Source: Selaginella moellendorffii (lineage: Eukaryota; Plantae; Lycopodiophyta). From it: a stretch of 64,000 nucleotides of DNA. The notes under the pieces were generated by a model. That model saw only the letters and a list, made by a program, of their open reading frames with translations, searched no databases and was not told the DNA's origin. The stretch lies in assembly GCF_000143415.4 (NCBI RefSeq), contig NW_003314287.1:1447514-1511513 (forward strand), read 5' to 3'. The first letter of the stretch is position 1, and each line of letters starts with the position of its first letter. Below, piece by piece: positions 39,665-52,582 of the stretch. A program made the translations under genes and the position numbers.

Positions 39665-42600
39665 TGTTTTGTGTCAGCTTGAGAAGCTCAAGGGTATATT
39701 AAGGCATGTTAAGGTAAGAAACTTAACCTACCTTAGGGCTCATAAAGAGACTAGATCTTTGTATTTTTGTACCAAATTATAATATTAGTATCAAAGGTGC
39801 AATGGCCAACCAAGCTAAACGCTAGAATTCTAATGTTGATGGTGGTGTGGATGATGGTGCTAATTGAGTTGTAGAGGTTTAGACTATTCATGATGCAAAA
39901 GGGACAAAGAAGTAGAAGTTTTTTGTGAAAAGTTATAGACAAGGTTGTCATCATTGCAATGAGCTTGGACATTATAAGGTTGATTGTGTACAGTTGAAAA
40001 ATAAATAATAGAGCAAAAAGATTGTCCAATCTTCTACTAATGGTAAGTCAGATATTAAATAGTTGCAAACTTTGCAGCGTGAGGATGATAGGGAAGACCA
40101 TTCAGATAAAAAAAAGAGGCTTTTGATCATTGTTTATCAACTTAATTATATGTGGAATAAGATGGAGCTCGAGGACACTCGTGCATCAATTTTAATGTTA
40201 GATGGCATGTTCTGTGGTGGTTTAGTGTCAATTTTACTAAATAATGGGAGTGATGACAAATTTTTTTCAGTAAAGTTTGTTGAGGAGTATGGCCTGGTGG
40301 TACGAGGTGTTCTTCCATACACAATGGAAGGTGCAACTAACTCTACTTAGCATTTCAATGCTTATGTAAAGGGGTTGGAAGTATTTGTTAGTAAAACCAC
40401 ACTTTTGGAGACTTTTTATCTCATAAATATCCATTGTGTGGATCTTATTCTTAGGATGCCATAGTTGGTGAAAGTGAATCCAGAGATAAAATGGAATATT
40501 AAGCATATCTCACTAAAGTACAATGGCATTAAAGATGTATAATTTGGAGAGGGAGCCTTTAGTTGTTATGCTCTCTACTATATTTTTTAAGTGGACTTGT
40601 CGTAATGGAAAAGCATTTTCAAGTTACTTGCTATTTATTCATGATTTAGGGGATTAAGACAGTTGTGGGGGAGAAGTAGTAATACAGGTTGTACTTGAAG
40701 AGTTTTCTAATGTTTTTCCATTTGAACTTCCTTATATGTTACCTTTATTAGGAGGTATGGAGCATAGGATTATGTTAAAGTTAGGGATATGGCCAATTTA
40801 CTAGCATCTATTTAAGTTGAGTATGAGGAGCAAAAATTTCAACAATAAGTTAAGAAGTTACTTAAGTTTAGATTTATTCAGTCAAGTAAGTTTTTATTTC
40901 GTGCTTCAATTTTGCTCATGAAAAAGAAGGACAGTTCAATATGGATATGTATTGATTATCATACCTTGAACAAAAAGACAATGAAGGATAAAATGTCGAT
41001 GTTGTATATGGATAGTATATTAGACAAGATTAGTGAAACACAAGTGTTTACCAAGATTTATTTGAGAGTGGATATCATCAAATTGCAATAAATGATGCAT
41101 CTATCTTCAAGATGGCATTCAACACAAGCTTCACGCGTTTTGAGTTTACAGTTATATTATTTGATTTGATGAAAGTACTAGCCACATTTACTCAATTGAT
41201 AATGGAGGTATTTAGGTGTTATTATCATGAGTTTGTGGAGATTTTCCTGAAGAATATTTTTGTTTTTAGCAAGAATATAGAGTATAAAATGCATTTGCAC
41301 AAGGTTCTTTTGTTAGTACGTGACAACAAACTTTATGCAAAGAAGAGCAAATGTAAGTTTGCAAAGTCAAAGGTGAAATATCTAGGCCATATTGTGATAT
41401 CTAAATGTGTCAAGACAGATCCAAAGAAGGTAGATATGGTGGAGAACTCACCTATACTGACTTTAATGATTAAGTTATACAGCTTCTTAGTTATTACTGA
41501 TGTTTCTAGCATAAATTTGCAAAGGTGGCTATTTCCTTTTACATGGTTGTTATGCAAGAATGTGCTATTTGAGTGGAAGAAGCCATATAAGGATAGTTTT
41601 GTGGCATTAAAATGGTTGTTGAGCAAGGCTTTTATATTGTTACCAGCCAGCAGAGGCTAGGAAGAATTTCCACGTACTACTAGTGGTCAGGCCAACAAAA
41701 TCTTTGTAAGGAACAGAAGTCAAGTTGTCGTTGTGCTTCCTACAACGGGTTCGCAGTATCCACAGCACCCGCTTCCATAGCACAAAACTTTACAAAGTGA
41801 TATGTGATGCGAATGGTTATGCATTGAGAAGAGTTTTCAAATGGTTGTTGAGTAAGGCTTTAGTGCTTTGTATTATTGATCTATCAAAACTTTACAAAGT
41901 GATATATAATGTGAGTGGTTATGCACCAAATGGAGTTTTCATACAAGAGGGATAACTTATTACATATGAGAGTTGAAATTTGAATCCTGTGAAACAACAC
42001 TATTCCATATATGAGTAAGAGTTACTTTCCATTGTTCATATTTTATGGATATAGCAACACTATCTTTATAGTGTTGACAGATCACAAACTTTTTGTGTAT
42101 CTTTTCATGTAGAAGGAGTTAACTACTAGGCAAGCTCGTTAGATGGTCAAACTCATGGAGTTTTGGGAGTTTTTTTATTAGGCTTTATTTGGGAAAATCA
42201 AGTATGGTGGTAAATACTTTATCTCATGTCCATTATATGACAACATTACAAACACAATCTTTTCATCATTTAAGTAAGGTGGTCAGCAAGTTTGGGAAAT
42301 TGGTTGAGCATGCTCAGGCTTGAAGTGGTTTCTTTGCAAACCTAGATAAAAGCCCCTTTCTCATTGGTGAATAGGATTCTTTTATAATAATTATATATAT
42401 TTGCCACGAGTGGATGTATTGATTACTCAAGTTTTATTCCACTACAGTTATTGTGGGGGGAAGAAGACATATAAGCTGATTAACTACAATTTTTATTAAA
42501 GGAATATAAAGGCTAATATCCTCAAGTATTATAAATCGTGCAAGCTCTGTCAATGAATAAAGGTGCTATAGGAGAAGCCTAAAGGACTTTTGCAACTTTT

Positions 42601-44356
42601 TGTGAGACATAAATCCCTAAGCCCTAAAGTGGAGCCGAAAAGGTGCCATATAGTAATGGTTGAAATGGAAGTCCAAGAAGCATAATATATTTGAACCAAA
42701 AGCTCTAACTTGGAAAGTCGAGAATATAAGTGGAACTCTGAATAAAGTGCTTAAAGAATGAGCACGAAGTAATCAATAAATGAGTCTTTAAAAAAGGATA
42801 TAAGAATGATTAACACATGGCAAGTGTTGTGATATACGGAAGTATCAAGAACGAGCCAAAAAAGAGTCTAAGATAGAGTCCAAGATGGACCCAAAATGGA
42901 GTCTGAGATAAATGTAAGCTTCTGAGTTTGGACTTCCCGGGACACTCAGCCCAGTACTATTCAAACCCAAGGACGCTTAACCCCAAATATCCCAAGACCC
43001 TTAACCATTTGGAAAAGGGGGTGCACTCTTGTTCATGGGCCCTTTCCCTCTATATTTGAACCCCATGGATTGTCTCTCGAGTCGTTCCCTTTGGTTGCTT
43101 ACAATAAAGTCCAAGATGGACCCTAGATAAAGTCTGATATGGACCCGAGATAAACTCAAGATGGAGTTTGAGATGGACACGAGATAGACCTGAGATGGAG
43201 TCCGAAGTCATGTCTAAGGTTGAGGTGGAGACCAAGTTTAAGGCTGAGACCAAAACCAAGACCGAGATCGAGACTGAAACCAAAACCAAGACCAAAATTG
43301 AGACCAAGATCGAGACTGAGTCTGAGTCCGAGTTTAAGTCCTAGTGTAAGTCCAAGTCCAAGTTTGAGTCTGAGGGTGAAAGCCCAAAGTGATTGTCTCT
43401 CAAACCTTAAGGGGTTTGGTGAGCTCCAAAAGTATAGTAGGGGGAGGATTCTAGTGGAGCCAATTTGGTCAGAAAAGGTTAGTATGACCAAGGAAGGCTA
43501 TACCCATGTGTTAGGTGATGATATATCCATTGAAAAGTCCAAGGCTAGAGTGGATATAGATATATAAGTGAGGTAGCTTGGTGAAGTGTTCAAAAACCGA
43601 CTCTAGCTCATTCGGGAGATCAAATAGTCGATGTTCCCAATCTAAGTATGGGTGGCATTATTTACTTGGATACTTAACATGGCTCATCGAAATCTCGCTC
43701 TAGCCACATGGTTAAGGCACCTAAATGTAGAAGGTGGGGAGAGTACCCACGAGGCTCGCATAAGGCCACGGTGTTTCAAATGTTATCCCAAACTCCTAGA
43801 TTATAGAAAGGAAAAGGATTCATCCTCTAGTGTAGTGACCAAGGATATGGTCACATGGTGAGGAAGTCCTAGAAGTTAATGGGACTTAGTGGTTGGGCCT
43901 TCTTAGTGGTGGTGTTAGCGAGTATGGCTATAGATGGAAAAGGACTTGGTGGGAATGAAAGAAGGGACATTGAGGAAAGGTGTTCCCCATGTCTCCAGCC
44001 ATTATAAGGGTGCTAAGGTGTGGTCAAAGGATGACCACTCATAGATGAATGGCCCAATCTTTGAAAAATGGGATTGTGATGAAGGTGGTCTTAGAGTACT
44101 AATGTGACAAAAGGGTGAATAGGCATGGCATTAGCATAATGGGTTGATATGTTAGTGGTACTTTTAGGTGTCAGTCATGGGGTTGGAGATGTGGAGCACT
44201 TGGACCAAGTGCAAAGGTTAAGTGGCATAAATGCCATTCATAAGGCTGTCCCCAAGTCAAAAATAAAGATTATGGAGTTCATAAGCAAGGCTGCTCTAAA
44301 TGGTTAAAAGTGTGGTTAAGTGAATAAAGTAGAATGGAAAAATTAGTTTCTTACAC
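42601..44356 (+). mobile_element. Degenerate solo-LTR-like insertion related to the young element's LTR
   Basis: TGT...TTACA ends; GAGTCC/GAGACC-type repeats at 43100-43370; shared GTGAAAGCCCAAAG; interrupts the old integrase motif GLLQ|PLPI. Confidence 0.65.
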
Positions 44357-45049
44357 CTTTACCTATTCTTCAAAGCTATTAATGTAGTATTTTTATGGAC
44401 TTCATCTCTTATTTGGCACAAACATAAGGTCAAAAGGAGTAAATATGGATTATTTAACGAAGTATGTGTGGTTGTTGGCTTTTCAAAAGACTATTATTGT
44501 CTCAGACTTGGCTATGATCTACTTGAAGAAGGTTTTTCTTAATTTTGGTTTGCTGAAAGATATTGTTAATAATCAAGACTCAAAGTTCACTAATGGAATT
44601 TGGAAGAGCTTTACAAAGGTTATGCAAGTGATATTTGAAACTCTTGAATGGAGATCATCTTCAGACAAATGGGCAAATTGAGCATGTGAATCATGTGGTG
44701 GAGGATATGCTATATTGTAGCATTGGTCAAAGGTAGTTTGTTGATGCAATTTTCTTAAACATAGTGGAACCAAACTAAATCCTTACTTTACCATATTTGG
44801 AAGGCATGTGGAGTTATGATTGTATTTGAGTAAGGATTTTCAAGATAAGCTTGATTTCAAGGCAATTGATCTAGCCACAAAACTTGATGAGATTTTGGTG
44901 GTGTGCAAATGAAATTTGCAAGTGCTCAGGATAGAGTAGAGAAGATTGTTAATGAGCATTGCAAATTCCAAGAATATAAAGTGGGTGATCTTATATTTGT
45001 GTAAGTGATCTTTCTGTCAAATGAGTGGTAAAATACCTTGGTACCTTTA

Positions 45050-46197
45050 TGTAAGGAACCGACTCCCCGAGATGTCGTAGGCTAAAGGATCCTCAAAAGC
45101 TTGACCGAAATGACAAAGAGTTCATCAGATGGGACCAAGTCGAGGATCGAGTCCAAAACCGACTCTAGGACCGAGTTCGAGATAGGGTCCGGAATCGAGT
45201 CCAAGACCGACTCGGGGACCGAGTTCAAGTCCGAGTTCGAGACCGAGTTCGAGACGGAGTCCGAGATCCGAAATCGGGTCCGAGACCGAGTCCGAGGTCG
45301 AGTCCGAGGTCGGATCCGAGATCGGGTCCGAGATCGAGTCCGAGATCGAGTCCAAAACCAAATCCGAAGTCGGATCCGAAATCGAGTCCGAGATCGAGCC
45401 AGAGACTAAGTCCAAATACTAATACGGGTCAAGGGGTGAAAGCCCAAAGCGTGCGTCTCCCAGGGGGGGGGGGCTGCAGGGGGTTCCAAAAGTATAGTAG
45501 GGATAGTGAGGTCCAGGAACCAGTTTAGAAGGGACTCTCCAGTTGGGCTTCCAAACCGACTTGAGGTTGGGACTGGGACCGAGGGGCCTTGGGTGGGAGT
45601 GAGCATGGACTTGGCTGGTGCCGGAGGGGCCATCCAAGGAAGTGCTCAAGAGCAGCTCCCACTCCCGAAAGGGAAACCGACTGCGGTGCTGCCGGCTCAG
45701 GTGGAGTGGTGCCCCACTTGAGTACCTTGTGGCTCATTGGTCCTCGCCCTTCCGGGGGCTTGGGCCTTCCCTTCGGGATGGAAGTGGGGGGGTAGAGGTA
45801 CCCATACCGGGCCGTTAAGTCACGGTGTTTCGCCCCGACGTCCCGAAGCAAGTGCTGCACCCAAGGCTTGGGATTTAGAGGGTCCCATGATCAAGCCTTG
45901 TGGTACCTTGGGGTGTTAGGAATCTGGAGGCTTGGTGTGCTTGGCTGCTTGTGCCTGCGGGGAGTGTAGCCGAACCTTAAGTCCAGTCTAACCCGGGGAG
46001 GGGGATTGGGAGAGATTTGGGAATCCGTAGATGGATGGCTAACACTCCGTTGCTCGTGCAGTAAGTAGCTGAAACCAAGTAGGAGCTGGCACCATAGGCG
46101 AGAACCTTGGCGAGGGAACTTAGCACAAGCCAAGGCGGAGTTGGTCGGATAGGCGAGGTAAGCTGGCAAATTGAAAAGGAAAAATTTGTGGCTTACA
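45050..46197 (+). repeat. 5' LTR, with internal GAGTCC/GAGATC tandem array ~45140-45410
   Basis: Direct repeat of 51433-52582. Confidence 0.97.
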
Positions 46198-46256
46198 ATT
46201 TGGTATCGGAGCCTCTTCCTCAGTTCTAGCGAAGGATAGAGGTGGATTGCTGGGAG

Positions 46257-49200
46257 ATGGCAAGGGCAGGACGTAAGCGAACCCAGGCAGAGACGGAACC
46301 TCCTCCAGAGCTGGAGCCTCCGGTCGAACAGGAGGCGATGGATGAGGAATCCTTGCATGAGGAGGACTCCAGTGAGGCAACTTCCAAACAGGAGTCCGGT
46401 GGTGAGGTTCGGTCGTCCAAGGCTCGATTGGATGTTCTAGAAGGACAATTGGCACAGACCAATGCCTTGCTAGAGACTCTCGTACGCAAGCTAAAGCGTG
46501 ACGAGAAGCGGAAGAAAAAGCGAAAGACTGCGGATGCTGGCAGCGCAGAAGGTGCGGACCCTTCGGCAAGGACTGAGGCAAAACCAGACAAGGTCGAACA
46601 GACCGAAGTGGAATCAGTCCCTCAGGCAGTTCCCAAGTACAAACCAAAGCCCCCACCGGTCTTCAAGGGAGTGAACGACTATAAGGTGGTGGAGGATTGG
46701 TTTTACGATATGGAGGACTACTTCCGAGCGTTGCGATTACCGAGCTCGGAAAAGGTCCCATGTGCAAAACCATACTTGGCAGATAATGCCAAGTCTTGGT
46801 GGAGAACAACGGAGGCCAACGAAGGACCGGTGGCCACTTGGGAAATGATGAAGGCGAGGATCCGCGCAACTTACGTTCCTCCGAATGCTACTCTGCACCT
46901 AAGGGACGAGCTGAGTAGGCTGAAGCAGACCGGAACCATTCAGGAGTATGTGAATGGGTTTATGGCAAAGAGGATACTTGTCACGGACATGGGGGATATG
47001 GATGCGTTCTATGCCTTCATATCAGGTTTGCAAACCTGGGCTCGCGGCGAAGTAATGCGGTGGAACCCGACCAACTACAAGGAAGCGTTGGATGCAGCCA
47101 TCAAGGTGCATTTCAATGATAACTTGCGAAAGGGGAACACGACGGGGTCGGGATCCACGTTCAGCAAAGGGGCCAAACCAAGGGGAACATTTAGCAGAGG
47201 GAAATTCAAGAGGAGTTTCTCTAAGAATGAGTCCTCGGGGTTCCGGAAAGGCAAATCCGGGGGCCAGCGAGCGAGTACGTGGGGGAGTCAAGCAAAAAGA
47301 GACAAACCCACGGATAAGAAGGTCAAGTCATATAGCAGCGTGGGAAACAACGTATGCTACAACTGCGGTGAAGCGGGACACTTCTCGAGGGAATGTCCCT
47401 ACCCGAAGAAGGCCAGAGCCAATATGGCCATCAAGTCGGGTGAAGTCCAAAATGAGGTATGTGATCCAGTCCCTAACTCAAAGTTACTCATTACACGAGC
47501 AACTTTGGTAGAGAGTCGTTCGCGACATCTACTAGCCCTCCGAGGGAAGCTCGGAGGTAGCTTTGTTAAGATCCTTATTGACACGGGTGCTTCGGATAAT
47601 TTTGTGGCTGCAGACATAGTTCGGCAAGCCGGACTAACGGTGCAGCGGCTAGGCGAACCAAGGACTATAGAGTTTGTTCAAGGTAGCCAAAGCACCGATG
47701 AGGTACTTCGACAAGCGAGAGTCGAAGTGGGGACTTGGAAGGTGGACATGGATTTCACCGTGTTGGACATGGCGGGATTTGACGTGATCTTCGGAATGGA
47801 CTGGTTCAATCGATTCGTGGTAGCCCTGCATGGTCAAGGTAGAAACCTTGTGGTACTGGCGAATGCCCAAGGAAGAAGATCTAGGGTAGAGGCCCAAGAT
47901 CTAAAGGTAGGGCAAAGCAAGGCCAAAGAATCCTGCTTAAACCTGGTGTCCACGAGAGGACAACTCACTAAAGGAACTAAGGCGGCCTTTTTGTGCTTAC
48001 TCTCGGTGAAGAGTGACAAAAAGACAGGAATGGAAGAAGTACCTTTAGTGATCCAGCGGGTGTTGGACCAATTCCAGGATACCATGCCGGAAGAGCTACC
48101 GGTGGGGCTACCCCCAGCACGACCGATAGAACATAAGATTGAGCTGGTCGAGGGTGCTGAGGCAGTGGTTCGTCCCCCTTATCGTTTGAACGAAAAAGAA
48201 CTCAAGGAGCTCAAGTGCCAACTAAAGGAGTTGGTGGACAAAGGGTATGTTAGGTTGAGCAAGTCGCCGTATGGGGCGCCGGTGTTATTTGTGAAAAAGA
48301 AAGATGGATCTATGCGCATGTGCATAGACTACCGGTTGCTCAACAAGTATACAAAGAAGAACAAGTACCCTTTGCCAAGGATTGAGGACCTGTTCGATAG
48401 GTTGGGAAAGGCAAAATACTTCTCGAGGATTGACCTAAGGTCAGGATACTACCAGATCAGGGTAGCCGAGGAAGATGTCGAGAAGACAACCTGTCGAACG
48501 AGGTATGGGAGCTTTGAGTTTCTGGTGATGCCCTTCGGGCTATGTAATGCGCCGGCAACGTTTTCGGCGCTAATGAACCACATCTTTGTACCCTATCTGG
48601 ATCACTTCGTGGTCGTCTATATCGACGACATCCTGATCTATAGCGAAACGCTAGAGGAGCATGCCGAACACTTGGCGAAGGTGTTTGAGAAACTAAGGGA
48701 ACACAAGCTGTATGCTAAAGAGAGCAAATGTGACTTTGCTCAACAAGAGGTAAAGTTTCTCGGGCATGTGGTGGGCCAGGATGGGCTCAAGGTGGACCCG
48801 GAGAAGGTCCAAGCGATCCAGGAATGGGAGCGACCAGCCAATGTACATGAGTTGAGGGCATTCCTGGGGCTATGCAACTACTATCGAAAGTTTATCAGAC
48901 ACTATTCGAGAGTAGCCCTGCCCTTAACGGACCAAACAGGAAAAGGGAAGATGGTGTGGACAGCGGAATGCGAGGTGGCATTCGTCCACCTCAAAGGGAA
49001 GTTGAGGAAGGCTCCCGTATTGGCATTACCAGACTTTGGTAAGAACTTTGAGGTAGAAACGGATGCTTCGGACTTTGCGTTGGGCGCCGTTTTGAAGCAA
49101 GACAACCATCCGGTAGCGTTCTTCTCGAAGAAGCTGGACAAGGCTCAACGGAAGTGGCCTGCCCATGAGAAGGAATTGTTTGCGGTGGTCAAGGCGCTCA

Positions 49201-51028
49201 AGGAGTGGCGACACTACCTTGGGAGACACTTCAAGGTTTACACGGACAATGTGGCAACGAAACACTTCTTGTCACAGCCCGACCTAAGAGGGAAACAAGG
49301 TCGGTGGGCCAATGCCTTGGCCGAGTTTGATTGCGAAATTCTGTATAAGCCTGGGAAGAGCAACATCATGGCAGATGCGCTAAGTCGAAAAGCGAGCTTG
49401 AAGTTGGCAATATCCAGCGCAACAGCAACCTTCTGGGACGATGTGCGGACAGCATATGAGAACGATGGTCTAGCACAAGAAGTGTTGCTGAGGAATCTAG
49501 AGGCGCGGGAAGCTCACCAGAGAGGTGAGCTGCCAACGGAAGAGAAAACGGGCTATGCGGAACGCAATGGACTCATTTATTACAAGCAAACGAGGGTGTA
49601 TGTTCCAGAAGGGGAACTAAGGAAGGTGGCCTTAGAAGAGTGTCATGACGGACCTCTTGCGGGACACGGCGGAGTGCCCAAGACAATGGGCTTACTCAAA
49701 AGGAAGTACCATTGGCCAGATATGGCTAAGGACATCCAAGACTATATAAAGACATGCCCAACATGTCAGCAGGTAAAAGCCGTGACTAAGGCTAGTGGGG
49801 GCTTGTTGCAAAGCATCCCCATTCCAGATCGCCCGTGGAAATGTCTTACGATGGACTTCATCACGGGACTCCCCCCAAGCGAGGGGTTTGATGCGATATT
49901 CGTGGTGGTGGACCGATTTTTGAAAATGGCACATTTCATACCCACCACAACGGAAGTGGATGCGGAAGGTGTGGCGAAGCTGTTCTTCGAACAAGTGGTT
50001 CGAGTGCGGGGAAGACCAGAAGAGATCATCTCAGATCGAGATAAGATCTTCACCAGTAGGTTCTGGAGGACTCTCCTGGAACAGTATCGCACCAAGTTGA
50101 AATTCAGCACAGCCTATCACCCACAGACAGGTATGAGGTATTAAGTCAAGTTGTTGGCACTAACACTTCTTGACAGACGGACAAACGGAAAGGGTGAATA
50201 GGCAGCTGGAGGATTATTTGCGATGCTATGTCTCGGGAGACCAGACCGATTGGGTAAGTCATTTGGGACTTGCGGAGATGTGTTATAACAACTCACCACA
50301 TTCGAGTATCGGGGTGAGTCCATGGGAAGTCATCAATGGGCGAGCTATTGAAGGTCCTGTGGAACTCGGCGTGGCCGAGTATCATGGAGAGTTGCCCGCA
50401 ATGGAGGCATTCACGGCGGAAAGACTCAGCATTTGGAATCTAGTGAGGGATTCCTTGGAACGGGCTCAACAAAGGCAAACCAAATACGCGAACCAGAAAC
50501 GTCGGGATGTAGAGTTCCAAGCTGGGGAGAAGGTGTGGCTGAACACCAAGAACCTCAGACTACCAAGTGGGATCAGCCGAAAGTTGACCCAAAGGTAAAG
50601 ATGCATGTATTCCTATAAATGAATTGATCTTGAGTTCCTTAAGCAGGTTTGCGGGGCCTTACGAGATTGAGGCACGAATCGGTAAAGTGGCTTACCGACT
50701 CCGACTTCCTCGAGAGATGGGGAAGATGCACCCAGTGTTCCACGTGAACTTACTCAAGCCATACTTTGAGGATCCGCTTCGCAAGGACCAAGTGAGACCT
50801 TTACCTGAGGTTATCCAAGGGGAAGAGGAATACGAAGTCGAGGCCATCCTTAATGCGCGCAAGAGCAAGCGACAAGGACGCGAGGTGAGAGAGTTCCATG
50901 TGAAGTGGAGAGGATTTCCACACTGCGAAGCAACATGGGAACCGGAGGAGAACCTAGCGAACGCTCAAGATCTAGTGGAGGAATTTCTGCAAGGCAGAAC
51001 TCTATGTACTTATGCAAAATTCAATTAA
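46257..51028 (+). CDS. Gag-Pol polyprotein (gag, CCHC knuckle, PR, RT, RH, IN, chromodomain); exons 46257-50130, 50177-50594, 50647-51028
   Basis: [14 protein letters not shown]; LIDTGAS; YIDD; TDASD; HHCC; after intron removal, [13 protein letters not shown] and KLTQRFAGPY; chromodomain YEVEAIL...VKWRGF...TWEP. Confidence 0.9.
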
Positions 51029-51432
51029 AAATATCAGTTTGCAAAGTTGAGCTAGTGGCATAATGTTGGGACCCGAAGGCGCGCCAAAGGTAAGCTAATT
51101 AGCATGGGTTGGATAGGTCGACCAGGCGTAGGGCACTACGCCCGACTCCCCGCGGGGATGTCGAATCCATAGACGTATTCTACGGAGGTTGGGTTCGAGT
51201 CCCAACCCCCTAGTAAAGCAAGGCTGGGTTCAAGTCCCGACCCCATACTAGGGCGTGGTGAGGTGAGGAGTATAGGGACACCTATATTCCGTTGTCATGG
51301 GCTCTTGGCCGGGGAGGCTAACTTAGGCACACCGCTAAGTGGGGGGATGCCCCCGGAGACATGGTCAACAAGTCGTAGGATAAAACGAGACGTTCGATGT
51401 GGGCATCGAACTTCTTCTATGGGTGGTGGAGT

Positions 51433-52582
51433 TGTAAGGAACCGACTCCCCGAGATGTCGTAGGCTAAAGGATCCCCAAAAGCTTGACCGAAATGACAAA
51501 GAGTTCATCGGATGGGACCAAGTCGAGGATCGAGTCCAAGACCGACTCTAGGACCGAGTTCGAGATAGGGTCCGGAATCGAGTCCAAGACCGACTCGGGG
51601 ACCGAGTTCGAGTCCGAGTTCGAGACCGAGTTCGAGACGGAGTCCGAGATCCGAAATCAGGTCCGAGACCGAGTCCGAGGTCGAGTCCGAGGTCGGATCC
51701 GAGATCGGGTCCGAGATCGAGTCCGAGATCGAGTCCGAAACCAAATCCGAAGTCGGATCCGAAATCGGGTCCGAGATCGAGCCAGAGACTAAGTCCAAAT
51801 ACTAATACGGGTCAAGGGGTGAAAGCCCAAAGCGTGCGTCTCCCAGGGGGGGGGGGCGCTGCAGGGGGTTCCAAAAGTATAGTAGGGATAGTGAGGTCCA
51901 GGAACCAGTTTAGAAGGGACTCTCCAGTTGGGCTTCCAAACCGACTTGAGGTTGGGACTGGGACCGAGGGGCCTTGGGTGGGAGTGAGCATGGACTTGGC
52001 TGGTGCCGGAGGGGCCATCCAAGGAAGTGCTCAAGAGCAGCTCCCACTCCCGAAAGGGAAACCGACTGCGGTGCTGCCGGCTCAGGTGGAGTGGTGCCCC
52101 ACTTGAGTACCTTGTGGCTCATTGGTCCTCGCCCTTCCGGGGGCTTGGGCCTTCCCTTCGGGATGGAAGTGGGGGGGTAGAGGTACCCATACCGAGCCGT
52201 TAGGCCACGGTGTTTCGCCCCGACGTCCCGAAGCAAGTGCTGCACCCAAGGCTTGGGATTTAGAGGGTCCCATGATCAAGCCTTGTGGTACCTTGGGGTG
52301 TTAGGAATCTGGAGGCTTGGTGTGCTTGGCTGCTTGTGCCTGCGGGGAGTGTAGCCGAACCTTAAGTCCAGTCTAACCCGGGGAGGGGGATTGGGAGAGA
52401 TTTGGGAATCCGTAGATGGATGGCTAACACTCCGTTGCTCATGCAGTAAGTAGCTGAAACCAAGTAGGAGCTGGCACCATAGGCGAGAACCTTGGCGAGG
52501 GAACTTAGCACAAGCCAAGGCAGAGTTGGTCGGATAGGCGAGGTAAGCTGGCAAATTGAAAAGGAAAAATTTGTGGCTTACA
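51433..52582 (+). repeat. 3' LTR
   Basis: Direct repeat of 45050-46197. Confidence 0.97.

Larger units (their letters stand above)
45050..52582 (+). mobile_element. Young full-length chromovirus (Ty3/Gypsy) LTR retrotransposon
   Basis: LTRs 45050-46197 and 51433-52582 (TG...CA, about a dozen differences); PBS TGGTATCGGAGC at 46201; PPT 51421-51432; TSD CTTTA/ATTTA. Confidence 0.97.

Noticed and set aside
45101-45415. RVRDRVRD and SDSISDP ORFs (also 51484-51798 and 43050-43567), or a CRISPR-like array
   Set aside because: These are translations of the LTR tandem array; there are no unique spacers and the context is eukaryotic.
50994-51117. Possible additional introns after the chromodomain
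   Set aside because: The donor is a weak GC, or the GT-AG spans are only ~28-34 nt, and no conserved motif is restored by removal.
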